Below, piece after piece: positions 24,965 through 38,300 of a DNA stretch of 64,000 nt (its first letter is position 1; each line of letters starts with the position of its first letter). Under the pieces are notes generated by a model that was not told the DNA's origin, ran no database searches, and was given only the letters and a program-made list of their open reading frames with translations. The translations under genes and the position numbers were made by a program. Source of the DNA: Octopus bimaculoides (Eukaryota); the NCBI RefSeq assembly GCF_001194135.2, contig NC_068985.1:65185966-65249965 (forward strand). The letters run 5' to 3'.

Positions 24965-25170
24965 AGTTGAGGAGTCTTATCTTGCAAGTACTTGGTGACT
25001 TCACCAGTGCTTGTGCCAGATAAAAAGCACCCAGTAACTCTGCTAAATGTTTGGCATTAGGAAGGCATCCGACTGTAAAGACCAAAACAGAGTCTTCTGG
25101 CTCATCTGTTTTTGTCAAATCATCCAGCCCTTACCAGCATGGAAAAAGGGTGTTAAATGATGATGATATA
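24965..25170 (+). mobile_element. SINE 3' part with RTE-derived tail
   Basis: aaaaagcacccag...ttggcattaggaaggcatcc...ccagcatggaaaaagggtgttaaatgatgatgat. Confidence 0.75.
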
Positions 25171-25279
25171 TATCTATCTTTCCTTGTTGGCCCTTAATCT
25201 GGGTGTTGTATGAGAGTGAGGAAATTGTAATTCATTGAATTGAATAAACTATGTACCAAGGCTCTATGCTACCTAAGAG

Positions 25280-26050
25280 TTTGTGCAGATCTTTTCAGGT
25301 ACTGACAAAACCCCCGCAATAATTGCCTTCCCAATGTCACTCCCAAGTACACAAATTTAGAGCCGTGACCATCAACATTGACACAATGAAAGGGAGGTCT
25401 GATGAGATTATCAAAATGATGGAGTGTTGCCATGTTTTGTGGTGTGTAAGAAATAAGATGGAATGGAGGCATCTGCTAGATTCCTCACAGATAAGAAACA
25501 GAGGTTCAAATTCTTCTGGATATTTAGGAGTGATGGAGTGGGTAGTGTAGGCATACTCTTGGAGGAGATTCAGAGAACTACTACTTCTGTTGGCAACAAA
25601 ATGTCTCTCTTTCAGAGTAAATGGCAGATTGTATGATGCTTGTGTACCAACAGCTATACTCCATGGTAGTGAGACATGGGCTCTAAATGCAGAGGACATG
25701 CATGAACTAGAGAGTAATGAAGGTAGTATGCTCCACTGGATGTGCAACATCAGTGTGCATGAATGACAAAGTGCAACTGTGCTGAGAGAAACGTTGAGCA
25801 TAACAGGAATTAAGTGTGGCATACAGGAGAGGATACTGTGTTGGTTAAGATATGTGATATGTATGAATGAAGACAGCTGTATAAAGAAGTGCTGGTCACT
25901 GAAAGTGGATGGTGCCTGTGGAAGAGGGAGACCCAGAAATACATGGAATGAAGTGGTGAGGACTGATCTCAGGGTGTTAGGGCTCATAGAGGAAATTACA
26001 ATGAACCAAGATGTCTGGTGCTATGAAGTTCTAGAGAGGAACTGCCCATG
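25280..26050 (+). mobile_element. Internally deleted RTE LINE (APE start joined to C-terminus)
   Basis: TINIDTMKGRSDEIIKMM at ~25360-25420 joined near 25555 to RELLLLL...GRGRPRNTW. Confidence 0.8.
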
Positions 26051-26439
26051 TCAGCAAAACTGGATGCTATAAGTGTTGTGTCCCAGCCACACATAATAAA
26101 AATGTTCACACACTTTACCCCCAGAATACAAACTACATCTCTCATAAACTGCATATTTCCTCTTCCTCACATTTCCTCTTCATACACTATGATAGTCTCC
26201 CACTCCCCATCCCTGCCCTCAGTGTATTGCTGCTTTTCCCACTCCCTACTTTCACCTTCTTGGCAATATCTTACCTCGTATGTTATAACCTCCATACTTT
26301 GAGGACAATTTCCACCATTTATCTCTCTCTTCCTTACTCTACCATCCCATCTATGCTCTGATCCCTGTTCCTTATGCGTATACCTTGCCACTTCACCACC
26401 ATCTCTCTCCTGCTCTCTCTTGCACTCTTGTTGTCTCCC

Positions 26440-26440
26440 A

Positions 26441-26498
<58 letters not shown>

Positions 26499-26515
26499 CT
26501 CTCTCNNNNNNNNNN

Positions 26516-26566
<51 letters not shown>

Positions 26567-26582
26567 CTCTCTCTCTCTCTTT
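26440..26582. repeat. (CT)n microsatellite with 10-N gap
   Basis: Directly visible. Confidence 0.95.
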
Positions 26583-26789
26583 CTTTTGCTCTTCCCTCTG
26601 GCTGGGTAACCATATATCTCCTCCACAACAGGACACCTGTTTTCACCCTCATTCTGGACCACAGTCTCTCCTCTTGCTCTTCCCTCTGGCATAGGTAACC
26701 AAGTATCTCCTTTACAGCAGCACATCTGTTTCAGGCACCTCCTCCATAGGATTTTATCAGAAGTAACCATCTTTAGACTTTCTAGATGG

Positions 26790-27285
26790 ATTCACAAGCA
26801 TAACCAATTGAGACTATGGATATTATCCATCCCTATTTCCTTCTTGTTCTACTCTTAGATCCTCTGCTAGTTGGCTTGGTTTGAAATATCTGTCTTGCAG
26901 TTCTTTCCTGTGATATTCCAATCACATGTCTGTAGTACTGCAGCTGTGACCTCTCAATGTAGAGAAGTAGTATCCCAACCCTGTCAAGTAATGTTACTCC
27001 AGAGATCCTTTGAAGGAGGCCCATTTCAACCACTTGTATTCTTGATCATACTTTTTCAGTTATTACCCAACATTCATGACCATATGTAAGGACAGGTATG
27101 GAAACCAAATTGAACATAGTTTGACTTTTTTTTTCCAACCTCCCCTCTTTTGTAGATCAAATGCTAGATCTGGCATACAACTGTGCCAGCACCTGAAGTC
27201 TTGCATCCAATTCAGCCTTCTGACTTCTGTTACTTGTGAATACAGCCCCAGGATACTTAAGCATCTCCACTTGTCTCAATGATGT
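26790..27285 (-). mobile_element. RTE-clade LINE 3' fragment, Expander/Rex3-like
   Basis: LKYPGAVFTS...IPVLTYGHECWVI...EMGLLQRISGVTLLDRV...IERSQLQYYRHV. Confidence 0.8.
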
Positions 27286-28051
27286 TCCACTAATTTTAAT
27301 GTGTTTTAATCAAATTGTGGTTTTTAACCAGTTTTAATTGACTCTGTTTGTCTTTTTCACTCTCTCTTTAACTTAAGACTATAACATGAAATCTGTTGTA
27401 GAGGTGCATTCCAATTTCCTCTTAATGCAAGTTACGAAATCTGATATGTATGTATATGATAAACAGGACTTTTATGTGGCTAAGTTAAGTCACATAGTAC
27501 TTGATTTCTCCACAAATTCTAACACTGTCTTTCAGTGCTTGCTATTATTCTAAATTTATTGAGTAAGTGAGTATTGCCAAATAAAGGATACAAAGGGAAA
27601 TTAAGCGTAACATGTCAGAAAAATTACACAAATTGGGAATCAATTGTGTAAATATTATTTAGGGACTAGCAGAAAACTGCCAATCTGGAATTTGTTAAAT
27701 GAATTTTTTTAACTAAAATTAGATTTTCTGGAAAAATACTGGTATAATTTGTAAAAAGGAATATCAGAGATGAATTTGTTGGTATGGCTGTCTTGAATGC
27801 TATAGGTCTTAAAATATCTTCACATGATCCCTGCTATTCCTAACACAATAAAATACCTTCTGGATGGGCTGCCTTTGAGTTTGTTTAAAAGGGAGAGATT
27901 AAAATGAGATAAAGCAGAGAAGGATATATTTACTGGGTGAGTGAGTACTATGAGACAAATAAAGGATCTAAAAGAAAATTAGATGTAACATATCAGAAAA
28001 ATTATACTAGCAGAAAACCACTGGAGAGCAGTCTTTCTGCTTGTATATATA

Positions 28052-28232
28052 CAGTGGTACCTCAGTTTTCGAACGACTCTGATCACGAATAAATCGTGCT
28101 AAAGCATGATTTATTCATGATCAGAGGCATTTGTATACTGAGGTACTACTGTATTAAATGAATATGAGAAAGACAGGAGATAAAGTATGATTTATTCATG
28201 ATCAGAGTTGTTCGCAAACTGAGCTTCTACTG
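28052..28232. mobile_element. Tc1/mariner-superfamily (pogo/Tigger-like) foldback MITE with duplicated right arm
   Basis: TA|cagtggtacctcag...ctgaggtactactg|TA (28052-28151), palindromic interior; second right arm at 28186-28232 also ends actg|TA. Confidence 0.8.
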
Positions 28233-28835
28233 TATATGTGCATTGTAGTAGGCATGTGAAAACAGTGTTGTGAGCAAACAAACATTTAGATCAGTTTCAA
28301 TATGTTTGGGACATATTTGACCTATAAAAATCTCTCACTTTGGGCAATAGGTGTTGAAAACATGAAGACAATTCATGGCAGAACAATGACTGCATTTCTA
28401 ACTCCATGGCTATCATCAGAACCATTTACTGCAATCTGAAGTCCATATAAGAAATCAGATTCAAAGCTTGAACTGATTACATGCAACACCAGCTTGGCTA
28501 GAAAAAAATGAACACACACACACACACACACACACANNNNNNNNNNNNNNNNNNNNNNNNNNNNNNNNNNNNNNNNNNNNNNNNNNNNNNNNNNNNNNNN
28601 NNNNNNNNNNNNNNNNNNNNNNNNNNNNNNNNNNNNNNNNNNNNNNNNNNNNNNNNNNNNNNNNNNNNNNNNNNNNNNNNNNNNNNNNNNNNNNNNNNNN
28701 NNNNNNNNNNNNNNNNNNNNNNNNNNNNNNNNNNNNNNNNNNNNNNNNNNNNNNNNNNNNNNNNNNNNNNNNNNNNNNNNNNNNNNNNNNNNNNNNNNNN
28801 NNNNNNNNNACACACACACACACACACACACACAT

Positions 28836-31800
28836 TATAATGGAATTGAAGGCTTGTGATACCTGTGGAGTATCTCCTTCTCCCATTACAATTATTTCTG
28901 TAGTCTTAAGGATCTGGAACTCGAAGAAGAAGCTTACAAGTGGAGTTCAATTCAATACAAGTGCAATTCAATATTTGTTTATTTTAGTTCTCGTTCATGT
29001 GGCTCACTCCCAGTGACCATCTTTATGGCAGTGTGTGGCTCGTTATAGCTCCGCTCACTTGAGGTTCATTACCTCTGGAGATAACAGGTGAAGTTAGAGC
29101 AGGATAAGAGTCCGCTGTGAACTCCCAGCTTGCAGTGTTTCTCAGTATGAGTGAAAGGGAAGAAAGAGATAGAATGTCTTAATTCTCCTGCTTAAATAGT
29201 CGTTGCCAACGAGATTCTCGCTGTCATCTCACGCATGGCAAATGGTTGCAGGCGAGATCTCGCTCCTGTCTCAGACATAGTAATGGCTACCGGTGAGATC
29301 TCATACAAAATGGCACTGGCTTCTTGTGCCTTGCTACAGGGGCTCCCCCCTGAGAACAGTAGAGTGAAATTAGAATGACTGGAGCAGGCACAAGAAAAGC
29401 AAAGATGGCCACTGATCACAAACAACAAGATGTGGTACAAAATGTGATGTAAAATGTGATAAGTCGAGAAAAATAATTACAAGCAATATAAAAGAGGTAT
29501 GCACAAAATTTTTGACAAAGTTCAATGGCAAGGCATTGGAATTGTTCAGCACACGAGAAAACAATTGTCTGCCACAGGAAAAAAAGGTTAAATGTAAATC
29601 GTTCTGGTGAGCCTTTGGAGGCCAATGCACAGTGCAGCCTGTCCTGGTAACATAGGGTTTGTTTGTGTTAGGTTGTGGCGATAAAGGTGGAGGTGTAGGT
29701 GATGGTGTGGTCAATGGTGCATGTGTAAGTGGTTGTAATGGATCAAAAGTGGGCATGGCTGGGGTGTCATCGAAGGGTGTGGACACCTCAAAATGTGCCC
29801 TTTTAAGTCTGTCAACTGACACAGTCTTTGCCCAACCATTGATGTCGAGACTAAAAGTGTTGGGTGTGCGTGATAGCACATCGAATGGTCCTTTATAAGG
29901 AGAAACAAGAGGTCCTCTGACTGAACAAAAACATGAGTCCATTTGTCAATGTCCAGTGGAACGTGAGAGGAAATAGACTGGTCACGCAGATGCATGGATG
30001 GAAGACTTGAGAAATACGAGCGAAGTCTGGGGACATACAATGTTGGATCAGGATGCAATATATAAGAGAAACCGCGACTCACAGGATCAATGTGGACATG
30101 GCAAAAGTGAGTCTCCAGCAGAGAAAGCTGTCCAGGAGGAGTGTGAATGTGCCTGTGGATTTTAGAACGCTGGCATTTCACACAAGAGCGTGCCCAAGCG
30201 GTGATCATGCGGTGCATATTAGGCCAGAAAGACCAAGCTTCACTGAGGTAGCGATGCCAGGATGTGACAGTGAATGCAAGGCATCAAAAACAGAATGCTT
30301 GTGGTTTGCAGGTACAAACAGTCTGGGAGAACCAGTAGCTGTGTCACGAAGGATTGTGCCTTCAGCAGACAGAAGTGGAAGATAGGCAAACTTGCAACAG
30401 GACTACTTGGTGGAAGTTAGATCCAATGTGTCCAGATCTGGCTGACCCTGCGCAATGGTAGTTAAATCGATTGCAGCAAGCGTTGAAAGAGAACACACAG
30501 GGAGGCGAGAGAGTGCGTCAGCAGGCATGTTCTCTATTCTAGGTATCTGCTGAATGTCACTCATGAACTGGGAAATGTAGTCGAGGTGGTGAAAAGCATG
30601 AGGCGAGTGTTTGTCCAATTTAGATGACAGAGCAAATGTAAGAGGCTTGTGATCAGTATAAATCATAAAATCCTGGCCCTCGAGTTGATCTTGAAAATGA
30701 TGAACCGACAGGTAGATCGCTAAGAGTTCATTATCAAATGTACTGTAATGACACTCAGCTGGCTTTAATTGATGAGAAAAAAATGCCAAAGGTCAAGTTT
30801 GATTGTCAACGGTATGTTGCAAAACAGCACCAACCGCAGAATCTGATGCATCAACTGTTAAAGAGAGATGAGCATCAGGAACCAGATGTGCAAGCAAAGG
30901 AACAGAAGCTATTTCCTTCTTGATTGACTCAAAAGAAGATAATGCCTCGGCAGATAGTGTGATAGGAGAATTTTGTTTTGTATTTGCTTTCAATAGTTGA
31001 GTCAAGGGAAGTAACTTGTCTGCACATTTATGTATGAACCTCCTGTAAAAGTTGACAATTCCCAAGAAGTGATGCAATTGGCATAGAGAAGTGGGAGGTG
31101 AGATGCATTGAATTGCATCGACCATTAGAGTCGATATAATGACCTAGGAATTCCAGAGAGGTCTGTCTGGAAACACACTTATCGGGGTTGATTCGCACAT
31201 TGTAGGTGTGAAGATGCCGAAAATGTTGAGATAAGTGTTGGAGATGATTTTGACACATAATGCTAGCTATGAGCAAATTATTGACGTAAGCAAACACAAA
31301 GTCAAGTCCACGGACAACTTCGTCAATAAATCTCTGGAATGTGCTCATTGCATTCCGCAAACCAAAGCTCATAAACAGGAACTTGAAACTTCCAAAGGGG
31401 GTGGTAATGGCAGTTTTGGGAATGTCATCAGGGTTCATTGGAATTTGATGATAGGCTTGGATGATGTTAACCTTGGAAAAACTTGTACAACCATGCAAGT
31501 TTGAAGAAAAATCTTGAAGATTCTTTATAGGATAGCAATCGGGAACAGTGACCGCATTCAAACGTCTGCAATCCTCCACTGGGCGAAAGTCTGAATCCCC
31601 TTTCCATGCCAAATGTAGAGATGCCCAAGGGCTGGTGGAAGGGTGAATAAAGCCAAGTTGAAGCATATACTCCAACTTAGATCGAGCCTTTTTGAGCCGA
31701 TCATCAGTGAGTCGCCATGAATACTTAAAGACGGCTGGTTCAGAAGTAGTGACATAATGGCGAGTCGAATGTGTGACTTTGACTGATTTGAAAGTCGAAT

Positions 31801-33542
31801 CTATCAGCTCTGGGAAAGAAGCCAAAAGAGAGTGGAACTGGTCACCAGCAGTGGCGACAAAAAATGACGGGCTGAGAACAGCATTAGTAGTAACCTGAGT
31901 AGGCGTAAACAAAGGCATAGAATCATCCATGAGTCTGTCGCTTGACATCTACTAATAAGTGAAAGTAGTTTAAGTCCGTGCCCAGAATGGGATACAGTAG
32001 ATCTGCTATAACAAAAACCCACCAAAAATCCCTTCGAAGGTTGAGATCTAGGTGTAATGAGACCTGACCATAAGTTTTTGTTGGGGATAGATTCACCACA
32101 TGCAGGTTAATGGCAGATTGCTTCGGCTTGTCTGAAGCAAGATGCAAAAACCAAATAGAACAGCTAGATCCAGTGTCAACCATGAATGCATAATGAGATG
32201 AAAACTTGCAAGAAGAATTTGACGTGCCCAAATTTTCCGTAACTAGTTTCCCGACAGCTGGAACAAACAGGGCTGGATGCATTGAGGGACTTTGTCCTTG
32301 AATGTGGCATGGTACCAGCAGAGATTGGAAACCGTTGGAGTAGAACTAGACGACCGTGACTTAGAATGGCTTCTGCTGCGAGGATGATGAGAGCTGGCGT
32401 GTTCTTGCCACAATGTGTCCATGTGACGTGCTAATGCATTGACTCTCTCCAAGATGTTGTCATGTGACGAGGGAGAAGACTTTGTGGTAGTAGAGGAAGC
32501 TACTACGGGGTCTGAACAGGTATGGTGAGATGTGAGCTGCACAGTAAACTCTATGATCTTGTCCGCCATGGTGGCTATCTGATCAAACGAATTGGAATCA
32601 GCTGTTGTGGCCAGTATGGATTGGACATTCGGCAGTAGCCGAGAGAAAAACAATTTCCTAAGCAGAGGATTGTCCTCAAGTGGAGTGTCGCTGGGTTCAG
32701 GCAAACGATGAAGAAACTCATATGGTGTCCTATCTCCCAGGTGTTCATCCTGCATCAATGTCCAGAATTTACTTTCCATGGATTGTGTGTTCCGACGGAG
32801 AACCTTGGATTTGACTGATGCATAAGTCGCATCTGGATGTGGGTCAGTGATGAGATCTTTCACTGAGCGTGCAAGGGGTGCAGGCATCCCACTGTATAAA
32901 AGATTTAGCTGCTGTTGATGAGGCACCGCATAGGTGGAAAAATACGCATCCAATTGAGCGAACCAAAGTATGACATCACCAGAGTATGCAGGTAAGTTGG
33001 GAAGACTCGTTTTTTTATAGAGGAGAGAAAAAAGGGATCAAAGAACTGACAAATGTGTTGCTGGAATAGTAATGTGTGTGCAGAAAAAATTATTCTTGGC
33101 AAAATTTTTGAATTTTTTTGTGTACTGTGTGCAGCAATGAAAAAAAATTTCATTTTTAGTCACCAAACCTGTGCTGCAGTCTGCTGAAAAAAATGTGTTT
33201 TTTTTTTTTTCTCACTCCCAGTGACCATCTAGCAGCATATGGTTCATTATAGCTCCATTCACATGAGGTTCATTACCCCTGGAGATAACAGGTGAAGTTA
33301 GAGTGGGATAAGAGTCCGCTGTGAGCTGCCAGCTTGCAGTGTTTCTCAGCATAAGCGAGAGGGAAGAAAGAGATAGAATTTCTTAATTCTCCTGCTTAAA
33401 TAGTCGTTGCTGACAAGATTCTCACTGTTGTCTCACACATGGCAAATGGTTGCAGGCAAGATCTCGCTCCTGTTTCAGACATATTAATGGCTACAGGCGA
33501 GATCTCGTACAAAATGGTGCTGGCTTCTCTTGCCTCACTACA
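28836..33542 (-). mobile_element. Ty3/gypsy LTR element E (same group as B); 5' LTR U5 and PBS deleted, integrase core deleted
   Basis: 3' LTR 28836-29338; 5' LTR remnant ~33210-33542; PPT-like ggggggagcccc; gag, protease MVDTG, RT FGLRNA...FAYVNN, RNaseH YTDHKPL; possible 4-bp TSD acat/atat (1 mismatch). Confidence 0.92.
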
Positions 33543-33545
33543 ATA

Positions 33546-33775
33546 TCATCATCATTTAGTGTCTGTTTTCAATGCTGAAATGGGTTGGGCAGATTGATAA
33601 GAGCTGCCAAGCCAGAGGGCTATGCCAAGCTCCACTGTCAGTTTTGTCATGGTTTCTACTGCTGGATGCTTTTCTTAACACCAACCACTTTACAGAGTGT
33701 ACTAGGTACGTTTTATGTGGCACTAGCATCGGCAAGATCACCAAGTAACTTGCAAGACAGGGACCTCTCAGCTAA
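33546..33775 (-). mobile_element. SINE 3' part with RTE-derived tail
   Basis: Reverse complement of the shared tail (atcatcatcatttagtgtctgttttcaatgctg...gctggatgc..ttcttaacaccaaccac). Confidence 0.75.
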
Positions 33776-34121
33776 ACTATAATAGAGGGATAGAAACAAG
33801 TGTCTAATTGTAGATGAGATGCATAGCTTCTCCAATCACAGAAAGAGAGAGAGAGAGAGGGAGAGAGAGAGAGAGGGAGAGAGAGAGAGATGATGATGAT
33901 GTTGACNNNNNNNNNNNNNNNNNNNNNNNNNNNNNNNNNNNNNNNNNNNNNNNNNNNNNNNNNNNNNNNNNNNNNNNNNNNNNNNNNNNNNNNNNNNNAA
34001 TCACAGAAAGAGAGAGAGAGAGAGGGAGAGAGAGAGAGAGGGAGAGAGAGAGAGATGATGATGATGTTGACATGCCACGTAATACTTTCAAAGTATGAGG
34101 AGATGGATCTTATGTAATATA

Positions 34122-34315
34122 TCTTTTACTGTTACTTGTTTCAGTCATTGGACTGTGGCCATGCTGAGACACCACCTTGAACAAATCGACCCGGTACTTA
34201 TTTTTTTAAAGTCTGGTACTTATTCAGTCAGTCTCTTTTTGCTGGACTACTAAGTTATGGGGGATATAAACAAACTAATTCCAGTTGTCAAGCAGTAGCA
34301 AGGGACAAAGACACA
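34122..34315. mobile_element. SINE-like interspersed repeat
   Basis: ttacttgtttcagtcattggactgtggccatgctg...ggtacttattc...gttgtcaagc resembles an abundant octopus short repeat I recall; not checked against a library. Confidence 0.55.
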
Positions 34316-34334
34316 CATAGGTATATACATATCA

Positions 34335-35307
34335 CCATCATCATCATCATTTAACATCTATTTTTCATGCTAGCATGGATTGGATGGATTGACAGGAACT
34401 GGTAAGCCCAGTGGCCACACCAGGTTCACTAGTCTATTGTGATTTGGCTTCTACAGCTAGATGCCCTTCCTAATTCCTGCCTCACCAGGAATATAGCATC
34501 GGTGGTGCTTCCCCCGGCACACATCCAAACTGCATCTCATCTATGCTAACTCTCTTCCTAATTAATTGGGGTATGACCCTTACTGTGACTTTCATCGCCT
34601 GGTCCAGAAATTTGATGCCTCTACTTATTTCTGTCTAAAGTAACACCGTTGCCTTTGTAGCAGCTGGCTATAATGCTGCTAAACCAATCATTGGATATGA
34701 CTCACTCATGGACAACCTGATTAACTATATGGGTGACCAGATCATATTCCACTCCACCAGGTATTTTAAGTATCTCAGTGGTGATTCCTGATGGGCTAGG
34801 GATTTTCCCTGTCTTCATATCCTTAATTGCTTTATCTACCAAGTTACTCTCAATTCATATAGCTGGTCCCTCTGTTGGGTCTGCATTAGACTGACTGTTC
34901 TTCTCCCATGCATTCTCTACATTTAATAATGGTATTTCCAAACCTCTTTCTTTGCAGAATCACTAACTGCAAGTGAGCCGTCATCCATGTGGACACATTT
35001 CTCTCCTATTGCATCATGATTTTCTCTGAGACATTTCAAGTCTCTGGTCCTCACACTGCAGAACATTGGTAACATTCTTCTTTTCTGCTTCTCCTCTGGT
35101 TAAATATACCTGTCTCCTAGCCTCCCTTCTGGCTATTTGATACAGTTCCCTGTTACCACCACACTTCCAGAACTTTTCTCTAACGGTAATCCTACACTAT
35201 TCCACCACCATGTCACCTTAGGTCAAAAAGGGACTTTGTACCAGCCACAAATTTTATCAGTAGCCCTCAAGAGGTTGTCCCGTAGGAACCTCCAGTTGTC
35301 CTCCACA
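34335..35307 (-). mobile_element. RTE LINE, internally deleted (linker and RT start joined to 3' tail)
   Basis: Tail at 34335-34475 abuts the RT DAIF region; linker VEDNWRFLRDNLLRATDKICGW at the 5' end. Confidence 0.85.
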
Positions 35308-38300
35308 CTGGTGAGATTGTTGAGATGCTTGAACGGAGACATGTAGATTTGTGCTGCATCCAAGAAGTAAGGTGGAGAGGAAGTTTTGCTAGGTTCCTCA
35401 CAGGCAAAGAACATAGGTATAAGATTTTCTGGGTAGGGAACAATGATGGGTGCATGGGTATACTATTTGCAGAGAAATGGATTGATAAGGTAAGAGGTAG
35501 TCAGAGTCTGTGATAGAATATTTAAGCTTAGATTAGTGCTGCAACATGGATTAGCAGCCATTATCTCAGCTTATGCCCCTCAGTCAGGGTTACCTGATGA
35601 ACAGAAAGACCAGTTTTACGACACCCTCTTGCAGACTACCTCATCAACAAATGACAGGGACTTTCTCTTTGTAGCTGGTGACTTCAATGGGCATGTTGGA
35701 CAACATACAGGGAGCTTCCATGGCATACATGGTGGCAATGGTTTTGGTTCCTGCAATAAGGAGGGAACCGGGCTGCTGGAGTTCTGCGATGCAAATGATT
35801 TTATGGTTTGTAATACTAACTTCAGGGAACCTGCCAGTCACCTATTCACCTACTGGTCTGGTGGACACACTAGTCAGATTGACAACATCTTCACCAGGAA
35901 ACGGGAAAGATGGCTGCTTATAAATACCAAAACCTTCCCAGGCGAAGAATGCACCCTGCAACATAGATTAGTAATTAGCAACTTCCGGATCAGGGCTACA
36001 TGGATGCCCAGAAGATGACCAGCATGGAGGAGAAGGGTCTAGAAGCTAAATGATCCTGTGAATGGACAGAGATTTAGAGATGTATTACTTGAAGCATTTG
36101 ACGAAATAGGGGACGATATAGCATTACATAATGTGGAAGATAGCTGAAGGTTCCTACAGGACAACCTGTTGTGTGCTACTGACCTGGTCTGTGGATGGTG
36201 CAAAGTCCTCTCTTGACCCAAGGTAATATGGTGGTGGAACAGTGTAGTTGTCAGGGCCATTAAGGAAAAGAAACAGGCATGGAAGGACTGGTAGCAGGGA
36301 ACTGTATCAGATTATCAGAAGGAAAGCTAGAAAACAGAGGGGAAGCAGATAAGAAAAAATTTGCCAATATTCTGCATTGTGAAGACCAAAGACTTGAAGT
36401 GTTTCATGTTGCAAGACAGTGTGTGAGAATCGTGATGTCATAGGAGAGAAATGTGTCCACATGGATGATGGCTCACTTGCATTTAATGAGGTCGCAAAGA
36501 GAGAGACATGGAGACACCACTATGAAAGGTTGCTAAATGAAGAGAATGAATGGGAGAGAGTCTGCCAAATGTTGACCCAACAGAGGGACCAGCTATCCGA
36601 AATGACAGTACCTTGGTAGATAAAGCAATTAAAGGCATGAAGACAGAGAAAGCCCTTGGCCCATCAGGAATCATCACAGAGATGCTTAAAATATCTGACG
36701 GTGTTGGCTATAGTCTAGTCACCCATATAGTCAATCAGGTGATACATTAAAGAGTCATACCCAATGACTGGTGTAGCAGCACCATAGTTTACTGCTACAA
36801 AAGTAAAGGTGACGCTTTAGATATGAATAATTACAGAGGTATCAAGTTGTTGGATCAGGTAATGAAAGTTACGGAGAGGGTCATAGCCCAACTAATTAGG
36901 GAGAGAATTAGTTTAGATGAGATGTAGTTTAGGTTTGTGTCAGGTAAAATCACCACTGGTGCTATATTTCTAGCAAGACAGCTGTAGGAGAAATACCTAA
37001 CCAAAGATAAACCTCTGTACTTGGCTTCTGTTGACATGGAGAAAGCCTTTGACAGGGTCCCCCAATTCCTTATCTCGTGGCCAATGCAGAAACTAGGGAT
37101 AGATGAGTGATTAGTGAGAATTGTACAAGCCATGTACAGGGACGCTGTCAGTAAGGTGAGGGTTGGCAACGAGAATGGTGAAGAATTCTGGGTAGGGGTA
37201 GGGGTCCACCAAGGATCAGTCCTCAGCCCCCTCTTATTCATCATAGTCCTCCAGGCAGTAACAGAGGAATTCAAGACAGGATGGCCCTGGGAGCTTCTCT
37301 ATGCTGATGACTTTGCTCTAATAGCCAAGTCACTATCAGTTGTGGAAGCAAGGTCTACAATCGAAGCGCCTTAGAATCAACCTAGTTAAAACCAAAGTCT
37401 TAATAAGTAGGAAGGTAGACAAATCACAAATACCTTCAGGTTGCTGGCTTCACTCGATCAGTAGAAAAGGCATAGGTAGAAACTCCATAAGATGTACCTG
37501 GTGTAAGCTATAGACACAAGAGGTGCAGCAATATCAAAGAAGGCTAACTAGGAAGATAGTTTTTGTGTGTGGAAAATGCTCAGAGGCAATAAATACTGAA
37601 AATGTGCAGAAAACAGCTTCCATCACATACCAGGGGGAAAACTAAAAGTAGTTGATAGCTTCCGTTACCTAGGTGACAAAATTAGTAGCTAGGGTGGATG
37701 CTTTTAGAGTGTAGCTGCTAGAATAAGAATAGCCTGGGCAAAGTTTAGAAAGCTCCTACCACTGCTGGTGACAAAGGGCCTCTCCCTCAGAGTAAAAGGT
37801 AGACTGTATGACACATGTATGCGAACAACCATGCTACACAGCAGTGAAACATGGGCCATGACTGCTGAGGACATGTGTAAGCTTGCAAGAAATGAAGCTA
37901 ATATGCTCCACTGGATGTGTAATGTCAATGTGCATACACGACTGAGTAAGTGCCCTGAGAGAAAAGTTGGACACAAGATGCATCAGATGTGGTGTGCAAG
38001 AGAAACAACTGTGCTGGTATGGTCATGTGTTGCATATGGATGAGAACAGCTGTGCGAAAAGGTGTCACAACCTAGCAGTAGAGGGAACCTGTGGAAGAGG
38101 TAGACCTTGGAAGCCCTGGGATGAAGTGGTGAAGCGCGACTTTTGAACATTGGGCTTCACAGAGGCAATGACAAGTGACCAAGACCATTGGAGATATGTT
38201 GTGCTTGAGAAGACCCAGTAAGCCAAGTGAGATCATAATCTTGGGTTATGCTAGTGCAGTATAACCGGTCCATTTAAGAGTGCCCTTCAATCATTGGGCA

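Noticed and set aside
26580-26770. ~89-bp two-copy tandem repeat
   Set aside because: Adjoins a (CT)n tract and a LINE 3' end; probably LINE UTR or slippage-derived.
27856-27966. Minus-strand segment with good acceptor and donor
   Set aside because: Its phase is incompatible with the other candidate exons and the acceptor lies in a duplicated segment.
33834-34072. Duplicated aatcacagaaag(ag)n...gatgatgttgac block
   Set aside because: Identical copies on both sides of an N gap; assembly artefact.
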